Of a DNA stretch of 64,000 bases, positions 42,303-49,257 are shown one piece after another (position 1 is the first letter of the stretch; each line of letters starts with the position of its first letter). The notes under the pieces were generated by a model. The model made no database searches. It was given only the letters and a program-made list of their open reading frames with translations, and was not told the DNA's origin. Source of the stretch: Dehalococcoidia bacterium (lineage in GTDB: Bacteria; Chloroflexota; Dehalococcoidia; Lucifugimonadales; G965248475); the NCBI GenBank assembly GCA_965248475.1, contig OZ252106.1:101099-165098 (forward strand). Direction: 5' to 3'. Both the position numbers and the translations under genes were made by a program.

Positions 42303-42514
42303 CAGGCTTCTACCTCGCAGCCGTCCTCTGATGAAGAGTCCGCGTCCGGTGCAGGGAGCTTGTCTTCGGTTGCGTACTTGACGAGCAGGGTGAAGAGGCG
42401 GCGCAGCCGGTCCTGAGCGTCGGGGCCGGGGTTGGAGTCGATGCTCACGACCCGCAGCTCACCGGGGTCTTTCCTGGTGCCTTTGGGTTTGTGCTGGTTC
42501 TTGGTCTCTTCCAT
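42302..42514 (-). CDS. small hypothetical protein (70 aa)
   Basis: ORF whose stop overlaps the start of the PAPS-reductase gene, suggesting translational coupling. No motif recognised. Confidence 0.45.
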   Translation of the reverse strand: MEETKNQHKPKGTRKDPGELRVVSIDSNPGPDAQDRLRRLFTLLVKYATEDKLPAPDADSSSEDGCEVEA

Positions 42515-42986
42515 ATCGGTCTTTCAGCGCTCCCGACGTCGGCAATGCAGGCGGGGTTCACCCCATCCGCGCTGAGTCTGTTGGTGTCGTTCGGAGCCAC
42601 TGGCCTTTCGTTCATCTTTGTGAGCGAACGCCCGTTCTCCTTCAGTGTGGGGGACCGGAAAGTTGGGCGTAATCCCCTATAGGGGTGTTCACCCATGAAC
42701 CCCCCTTATAAGACCCTCCCAAGAGGGGGCCGTCTGTGATGTCATGCCGTGTACAGAGATTTGAGTTTGTTCCAAAAAGGGAAGTCGGGGTCCTGAGCAA
42801 GCTGAATCAGGGGTAAATCAGCCCCTACAGGACGGAAACAGTGAACACTTTGTCGAAAGGGCTGGTTCCAGAGGGTTGTGTGGGGAACTAGCTATGAAAG
42901 TTCCAAAAGGGGAAGTCCCGAATTCTGAGGCCACTTCCCTTTCGCCTGTGTGAAAATTCCCTTTTTGGAAGTGGGGGAGGAAACAG

Positions 42987-43826
42987 ATGAACGAGAAGTA
43001 TTTAACCGGGGAAAAGAGCCGAAGCCTGGAGAGTCTGCGGCATCTGCGGTTGATGGCGCTGCTGCGGGAGCTGATACGTGACGAGGGCCGCATGGAAGCG
43101 GCGGAGATGCTGGGCGTCAACTACAAGACCCTGGCTAGAGCCGTGGTAACCGGCAGCCTTTCGCCGCGCATGAGCCATGCGTTGGAGCGGCTGCTGCTGT
43201 CCGGGGGGGGCTCTGCTGTGGCCAAGCAACAGGAGCGTATCCAGGCGCTGGAGGCTCGGTCAGATGCGCTGGAGAAGGAGGTGCGGAGCGCCCACGCCGC
43301 TGGAGAGGTTGAGGTGAAGGCGTTGCGGGAGGAACACGCCGTAGCGATAGAAGAGGTGAGGCAGCGGCTGACGCAGGTGGACGCACATCAGCGCGAAGCG
43401 GCTACAGCGCACGCGCCCACCACGACTGCGCCCAACTCAGAGAAGCAGCCTGTGACGACGGGTGTGACCCGGCGGAAGTATCCCGAGCTGGTGACCCGTG
43501 AACCTGCGCCAGACGACGAGGGGGTCTATGGCGCGGCGTGGCCGCTGGTCGAGGAGTGGCGAAGGCTCAGGGAAGGCCATCCCAACGACGGCAGGAGTCT
43601 GTCGTGGCTGGTGACGGAGGAGCGCATCCTGAATCTGGAGCTGGCTATGGCCGAGGAGCACGGGCTGACCCTGCCGCCCGAGACCCAGCCGCTCGCGGGG
43701 GTGTGGAGGAACGGGCAGCGACGCTCGATAGAAGCGGCCCTGAGCGACACCCAGAGGGCGCGGGTCAAGCGGGAGTTACTCAGGTGGCTGCGCCGGATCC
43801 TCACCCTGGGCCTGTGGCGGAAGTAG
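42987..43826 (+). CDS. hypothetical protein with N-terminal HTH-like segment and coiled coil
   Basis: GGAGG 6 nt upstream. AAEMLGVNYKTLARAV looks like an HTH. Central Ala/Glu-rich heptads. No family recognised. Confidence 0.6.
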   Translation: MNEKYLTGEKSRSLESLRHLRLMALLRELIRDEGRMEAAEMLGVNYKTLARAVVTGSLSPRMSHALERLLLSGGGSAVAKQQERIQALEARSDALEKEVRSAHAAGEVEVKALREEHAVAIEEVRQRLTQVDAHQREAATAHAPTTTAPNSEKQPVTTGVTRRKYPELVTREPAPDDEGVYGAAWPLVEEWRRLREGHPNDGRSLSWLVTEERILNLELAMAEEHGLTLPPETQPLAGVWRNGQRRSIEAALSDTQRARVKRELLRWLRRILTLGLWRK

Positions 43827-44011
43827 ACGCTTTCAGGGTGTGGTTAGGGTTTCGTGGAACTTTTGTCGAACTAGAGTGAACACTTTGGGTGGTAAGGCCC
43901 CGAAAGTATTGCCAACGAGGCAATGGGGCGTAATACTGAGATTGTTATCAGGTTTTTCCAGCGTTTCTTTGCCTTAGAAACCTGGGGGTCCTTTCCCTGA
44001 GCCCGGGATGT

Positions 44012-44105
44012 ACCAGAGGGATCGAGCCAGGCTCTCCCAACGGTCGCCCAGGGGTCAGACCGGAAGGATTGAGCCTCGCTCTCCCGATGGCCGCCCCGGA
44101 GGACA
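44012..44105. repeat. two tandem ~47-nt degenerate repeats
   Basis: ACCAGAGGGATCGAGCCAGGCTCTCCCAACGGTCGCCC... / ACCGGAAGGATTGAGCCTCGCTCTCCCGATGGCCGCCCC... Confidence 0.5.
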
Positions 44106-44249
44106 CATTCGCAGCGGTTGGAGCGTCTCTGTCGCTTCGGCCCCTCGGACACTCCCGTATCAAGTACGGGGCAGGCTCTGGTTGGAGTGCGCCCTGCGCC
44201 CTGGCCGGTTCCTCACGTCTGCGGCATGGTTCCTGTGGAACTGGCCGCA

Positions 44250-44546
44250 GCTTCCCCACGCGCCTGTCTGCGATGAACTCTTCGTAGACTGGCCGCGCTT
44301 CGCGTCTTCGCAGCCTCCCCAGAGTCGGTACGCCATATAGACCCTGGCCGAGCTGCGCCCTTTTCATCTCCCACGCAGCAGCAGCTCCCCTGAGTCGAGT
44401 CCCCTGATTTGACCCTGGCCGAGCTGCGCCCTTTTACACCCGCGTCTGTTCCGTGACCACGTCGTAGGGCAGCCGCGCCGCGTCTTCGTAGCTCCCCAGA
44501 AGTCGCCTCGAGAGCGAAGAGACCCTGGCCGAGCTGCGTCTTTTCC
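44250..44546. repeat. degenerate tandem repeats sharing a conserved 25-27-nt core
   Basis: Core GACCCTGGCCGAGCTGCG(C/T)C(C)TTTT at 44340, 44411 and 44521 (spacing 71 and 110 nt). The sequence between cores is also related (…CGCGTCTTCG(C/T)AGC(C)TCCCCAGA(G/A)TCG…). Confidence 0.55.
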
Positions 44547-44846
44547 ACCCTGGCCCCTCTGCGTTCGATGCGCGGACCAGGCCGGGTACAAGTCACGCTG
44601 CGTTCACGTGAGGTATCCCACCGTGGGCGGAGTGTGTCCATCGACAGTCAACCCAGTAGCGAAGACCCGCGCCACGGATGCCGGTGCGGGCAACAGACAC
44701 ACAAAGGAGGTGCGCATGCACATCAAGGAACTGGTTCCAATGGTCACGGGACTCGCGGTCAAGGCGGGCGGATTCCTGCGGCGGCGCAAGCGGTCGTGGT
44801 CGCGGCGCTGCTGCTCGGTCCGCTTCTGACGACGGGCGCCGGGGCC

Positions 44847-45047
44847 TCACGGGCAGAACTGCAACTCCTCCGGGAGGAAGCTCACCTGGTTGTCGTTGAG
44901 CAACAGGCTTGTCAGACTGGTGAAGCTGCCCAACTCCGGCGTTATCTCCCCGCTCAACTGGTTGCTGAAGAGATTCAGCCCCATCAGGTTGGCGAGGCTG
45001 GCCCATGCGTCCCTCTTGTTTGCATTGCAGACTATTTTGTAGTATAG
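44847..45047 (-). pseudogene. leucine-rich-repeat gene fragment
   Basis: Stop-to-stop open frame reading ...WASLANLMGLNLFSNQLSGEITPELGSFTSLTSLLLNDNQVSFLPEEL... (two LRR units). No plausible start codon or N-terminus. Confidence 0.4.
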
Positions 45048-45136
45048 TCATTGCTAGTAAACGTGGGCAGAGTCAAGTGCGTGGTTTCCATACCGATGCT
45101 CACGCCCCGACCTACGCGACGACAGGGAGGTGACCG

Positions 45137-45772
45137 ATGGGCGTATCAGAAGGCGAGATAAGGGCGGGCACGCCCGAAGAGAGTTGGCGCGACATCCACG
45201 AGACGATGTACAGGGCTCAGAGCTCCATGTATCTCGCCGGAACACCGACGATACTGCTCCTCTGGGCTGCGATAGCCTCTCTGGGAGTCGGCTCGCAGTA
45301 CGCCATCCTGACGTTGGCATCCGAATTCGCGGAGCGCAGCCCGTGGATTTTCGGGGTGCTGTGGGGCATCCTGATGGTGCCGGGTATGGTGGGAAGCGGG
45401 TTCATCGGACACCGCGCCGGTAAGAAGATCGCCCCCGGCGACGCTGCTCGTAGCGCTGGCATTCGGGTGTTCCTCTACTGGCTCGCGGTGGTTGTAGCGA
45501 TGTTCCTCATTCCGGCAGCAGCGGGAATGTGGAATGCCGAAAACGGGGACAGCATACCGGGCGTCGTCCTGGGCATATTGTCCCTGGGATACATCCTGTT
45601 CGGCATCATGCACTGCCCCGTGTTGGCGGTGGTGGGCGTAGGGTTCGCGGCAGCGTTCTACATTCCCAACTACCTAATGGACAGCGACGAGGTTATGTTG
45701 GTGTCGGTGGGATTGATGCTGGTCGTGGTGGCCCTGGGTGCGTGGTGGATACGTAAGAGCGAGATCCATTGA
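45137..45772 (+). CDS. hypothetical membrane protein (211 aa)
   Basis: Five to six hydrophobic helices. Its stop overlaps the start of the downstream wHTH regulator. Confidence 0.65.
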   Translation: MGVSEGEIRAGTPEESWRDIHETMYRAQSSMYLAGTPTILLLWAAIASLGVGSQYAILTLASEFAERSPWIFGVLWGILMVPGMVGSGFIGHRAGKKIAPGDAARSAGIRVFLYWLAVVVAMFLIPAAAGMWNAENGDSIPGVVLGILSLGYILFGIMHCPVLAVVGVGFAAAFYIPNYLMDSDEVMLVSVGLMLVVVALGAWWIRKSEIH

Positions 45773-46155
45773 CCGACGAACCCATCATCCTCAACGAGAC
45801 CATCCACCAGTCCACCCGGCTGCGGATCATGACTATGCTGGTCTCCCAGCCCGAAGGGGACCGGCTCGCCTACGGGTTCATTCAGCAGACGCTCGGCTTG
45901 ACCGGCGGCAACCTGACGACCCATCTGCGTAAGCTAGAAGACGCCGACTACGTGGCTATGACGAAAGAGTTCGTGGATTCTAAGCCGCGCACATGGGTAG
46001 AGGCGACACCGACGGGGCGTCGCGCGTTCGCCGAGTATCTCTCCAACCTAGAGCGCGCGCTGAGCTGGCAGCCGAAACATAGTATCAACAAGAATTCGCT
46101 ACCCTTGGAGTATGTCAATGTCGAAGACCCGGGGATCGCCCACGCTGGCGATTGA
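45769..46155 (+). CDS. winged-helix transcriptional regulator (ArsR/MarR-like)
   Basis: IHQSTRLRIMTMLVSQP...GFIQQTLGLTGGNLTTHLRKLEDADYV... is the typical wHTH recognition region. Confidence 0.75.
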   Translation: MTDEPIILNETIHQSTRLRIMTMLVSQPEGDRLAYGFIQQTLGLTGGNLTTHLRKLEDADYVAMTKEFVDSKPRTWVEATPTGRRAFAEYLSNLERALSWQPKHSINKNSLPLEYVNVEDPGIAHAGD

Positions 46156-47056
46156 AGTCCGCGGCCTCCGCAAGTCTTACGGTAAGACAGAGGCGGTGCG
46201 AGGCGTAGACCTGCACGTGTCGAATGGGGAAGTGTTCGCGCTGCTCGGTCCCAACGGCGCCGGAAAGACGACGATCGTGGAGATACTGGAGGGACATCGA
46301 GACCGGACCGCCGGCGAGGTGTCGGTCCTAGGCTACGACCCTGGGCGAGGCGAACGCGCGCTCAAACAGCGTATCGGCATCGTACTGCAGTCGACGGGCG
46401 TGGAGCCGTACCTGTCCGTTGAGGAGACGATCAACCTCTTCCGCGGCTACTTCCCTCACCCGCTGCCCGTCGATGAAATCCTGGACGCAGTCGGACTGGG
46501 CGAGCAGCGCCGTGCCCGCGTGAAACGTCTGTCCGGAGGCCAGCAGCGGCGGCTGGACGTTGCCATCGGCCTGGCGGGAAACCCGGAGCTGCTGTTCTTG
46601 GACGAGCCAACATCGGGGTTCGACCCTTCAGCGCGCCGCGGCGCATGGGAGATGGTCCGGAATCTCAAGTCGCTTGGCAAGACGGTGGTGCTCACCACCC
46701 ACTACATGGGGGAGGCGGAGGCCCTGGCCGACCGCGTCGCTATCATCGTCGAGGGGAAGATCGTCGCAGAAGGCGCCGTGGGCCAACTGCTGTACAAGGA
46801 TAGGTCTACGACTATCCGGTTTCGTGTGGAATCCGGCTCGGCCCGCCTGCCCGAAGACTTGACCGCTGTACCCACAGACGACGATGACCGGTACGCCATC
46901 ACGACGGACGGGCCGACCGATAGCCTGCACCGCCTCACGAGCTGGGCTGTGGAACAGGGGATCGAACTCGAGGAACTGTCGGTCACACGCCCGTCACTAG
47001 AGGACCTGTTCATCGAGCTCGTCGACTCTCCCGAGCAGGACAGCACGGAAGCATGA
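46112..47056 (+). CDS. ABC transporter ATP-binding protein (DrrA/ABC-2 type)
   Basis: Walker A GPNGAGKTT, signature LSGGQQRRL, Walker B LLFLDEPTSGFD. Confidence 0.9.
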   Translation: MSMSKTRGSPTLAIEVRGLRKSYGKTEAVRGVDLHVSNGEVFALLGPNGAGKTTIVEILEGHRDRTAGEVSVLGYDPGRGERALKQRIGIVLQSTGVEPYLSVEETINLFRGYFPHPLPVDEILDAVGLGEQRRARVKRLSGGQQRRLDVAIGLAGNPELLFLDEPTSGFDPSARRGAWEMVRNLKSLGKTVVLTTHYMGEAEALADRVAIIVEGKIVAEGAVGQLLYKDRSTTIRFRVESGSARLPEDLTAVPTDDDDRYAITTDGPTDSLHRLTSWAVEQGIELEELSVTRPSLEDLFIELVDSPEQDSTEA

Positions 47057-47196
47057 ATGCCTTCGCGCTCGCTCTGAGGCAAGTCCGCTACGAGAATACC
47101 GCCTTTTGGCGCAACCCCGCCGCGGCGTTTTTCACCATCGTGTTTCCATTGATGTTCCTGGTGATCTTCACCCTGAAGTTCCGGTTGGTGCTGTAG
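47053..47196 (+). pseudogene. ABC-2 permease truncated after 47 codons
   Basis: ATGA-coupled to the ATPase. MNAFALALRQVRYENTAFWRNPAAAFFTIVFPLMFLVIF is a normal ABC-2 permease N-terminus, but the frame ends at 47196 and unrelated, less GC-rich DNA follows. Confidence 0.55.
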
Positions 47197-47438
47197 CTGA
47201 AGTGTCAAGCTGACCTTCGGTAAGGTATGCGCCTAGGGGTGCAGAGCGGAACCTCTGCTAGTTGCGTATGGCAAGGCTGTCGGGATTGAGCCTCCAGACT
47301 CTCGGCGGCCTCTAATACTTGAGAAGTCAGCCATTAGGCTATACTATTCTAACCTGGCTTCTTGACGGAACATCCAGGGACTGGTTATTTAGGGCAAGCT
47401 CACTACAGATAGGAAGTGAGATAGGCTCTTAAGGAATG

Positions 47439-47948
47439 TTAAGATCGAGGTCTCCTATCGGTGCGGAAGTCGAGATCTTGAATCAGTGTGAATGTGTTTA
47501 TGCATAGCACGTTGAACTTCTTGCTCACGTCTGGCAATTGTCGGTTGGCCCGGGTTCGGCTTGGTCTTGATCGCTCGGTAGTCACTACACGCCGTTCCTG
47601 GGTATTAGCAAGAGCGTAGGCAATGAGAAATGGGTCGCGCCCCACTTTCTCAATTTCTTCATCCGTCAGATCATTGGCGTACCCCTGTTCGGCAACGTGG
47701 GCAACTAATTCAACGACGGCTAGCTCATCCAGCAATAGCGCATTCCGGCGTGTCCTTAACCATTCGACCAGTCCATCCGGGCGATTCGGTTGGGGATGGA
47801 CAATCTCTTCATATATCTCTTGAGGCACTTTTATCCGCCCTCGTTCGCCCATCTCCTCTAACCAGTCCCAGAACTCTGGGATTCTCTCAATAGGGTAGTA
47901 GTCCCGGTTTGCATCTATAAGCACATTGGCGTCGAGGAGGTAAAGCAC
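47439..47948 (-). CDS. DUF4411-like PIN-fold nuclease (putative toxin)
   Basis: MLYLLDANVLIDANRDYYP...FWDWL... N-terminus and ...DPFLIAYAL... are typical of DUF4411. Sits 9 nt downstream of the ImmA/IrrE gene. Confidence 0.8.
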   Translation of the reverse strand: MLYLLDANVLIDANRDYYPIERIPEFWDWLEEMGERGRIKVPQEIYEEIVHPQPNRPDGLVEWLRTRRNALLLDELAVVELVAHVAEQGYANDLTDEEIEKVGRDPFLIAYALANTQERRVVTTERSRPSRTRANRQLPDVSKKFNVLCINTFTLIQDLDFRTDRRPRS

Positions 47949-47957
47949 GTCTACTAC

Positions 47958-49151
47958 CTAAATCGAACGGCCAGCATCAAGTAGTCGCTGTACTTGTCTG
48001 GATTTGATCCCTAAGATCTGCGCCGCCTTGGAAGTTGACAGAGCGTCTGCCTCCATCATGCGCTTTGCCAGGTTAATTATCCGATTTCCTAGTCGGTGGC
48101 GACGCACTATGTAGTAGTCAGGTCCTCCTTCCCTTTCACGCGCCTGCACACGGCTCTGCTCCCGTTCCTGGCGCCACTCTCGTCGATACAAAGTGCTCAG
48201 TCGGCCATACGTGTCCTGGGTGATCAGGTTAGAACGATACGCTTTGTAGGCAACCATAGTACGGCTCACTTTGAAGCTATTTGCGAAGGCACTGACACGC
48301 TCCGATATGGTCCCGAAATCTCGGCTATCATCTAGAGCAAGTTGACCCAATTCACTTGAAGGCAATAGGAAATTCCCAGCAACGTCATCACAGAATCGTT
48401 CAACTTCGTTCTCCGAGTATTCTCCGCTGACACCGGTCTGACCGAGCAACAAGTGCACTACCTCGTGCAGTAATGTGAACGACCAGGCTGGTCTGGCGTC
48501 CTGGTCGTTAATCACTATGAAGGGAGCCACTTGGTCCGCTATGGAGAAACCGCGAAACACCGTGGTGTCAATCGTAGTGACGTAGTTGCCTAAATCTCCC
48601 TTAAGCAGGACAAATATATTGGCTCCTTCTGCACTCCTACGTAACAGGTCAAATGCGGCTGTCGCGCTCGGTTGGGCACGATACACTGCCGAATCGAGGC
48701 TTAGGAGTGTTTGCAGTGATCTCAAAACTGTAGCGGGGCCATCCTCTATCCAGTGAGAGCCAACAAAGGGCAGCCGCTCTGCTTCATCTTCATCTTCCAA
48801 AATGACGCGAACCATACTCTGGCGCGCCCTGATGTCCCGAATCAACGCGTCCAACAATGCCTCATCAGATGCTGGATAGTCCTTGGGCAAGGCCCGAAAG
48901 TCCGCACCCCGGTTTCCTGTCACAGGTGGTTTGGACAAATAGAACGTCAGCAGCGGTCGCCGGTATTGTTCTGCCATCCTTACCAGTTGAGGGCGGGACG
49001 GCTCCCTTTGACCGTTTTCAACACCCGCGAGTTTCTCTATCGCAGACGACTTGGGACTATCTTGAAAGCCAAGCTTCTTGGCCGCCTCTTCTTGAGTAAG
49101 GCCAGCCGTCTCGCGGGCCCAAATCACTATTTCAGGATTGACTCTGGGCAT
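47958..49151 (-). CDS. XRE-HTH + ImmA/IrrE (COG2856) metallopeptidase-domain protein
   Basis: N-terminal HTH (IWARETAGLTQEEAAKKLGF). Zincin motif LLHEVVHLLLG. 397 aa. Confidence 0.85.
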   Translation of the reverse strand: MPRVNPEIVIWARETAGLTQEEAAKKLGFQDSPKSSAIEKLAGVENGQREPSRPQLVRMAEQYRRPLLTFYLSKPPVTGNRGADFRALPKDYPASDEALLDALIRDIRARQSMVRVILEDEDEAERLPFVGSHWIEDGPATVLRSLQTLLSLDSAVYRAQPSATAAFDLLRRSAEGANIFVLLKGDLGNYVTTIDTTVFRGFSIADQVAPFIVINDQDARPAWSFTLLHEVVHLLLGQTGVSGEYSENEVERFCDDVAGNFLLPSSELGQLALDDSRDFGTISERVSAFANSFKVSRTMVAYKAYRSNLITQDTYGRLSTLYRREWRQEREQSRVQAREREGGPDYYIVRRHRLGNRIINLAKRMMEADALSTSKAAQILGIKSRQVQRLLDAGRSI

Positions 49152-49257
49152 CGTCCTGCGATCCTTCCTCTATTCCGTTGGATTACGCCCACTACAGCTC
49201 AGAGAGTTCTGATCCTAAACGGCAAACGGTCTTGAGCGCGTTCGACGTCTATTGTGG

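Noticed and set aside
44340-44546. Possible CRISPR array (a 25-nt core repeated three times).
   Set aside because: Spacing is irregular (71 and 110 nt), the 'spacers' are themselves homologous to each other, there are only three copies, and no cas genes are in the window. It behaves as a degenerate tandem repeat.
43948-44641. Minus-strand ORFs of 139 and 142 aa with the recurring peptide KRAQLGQGL.
   Set aside because: They are translations of the tandem DNA repeats, with extreme Arg/Gly/Pro/Ala composition, no start context and no motif.
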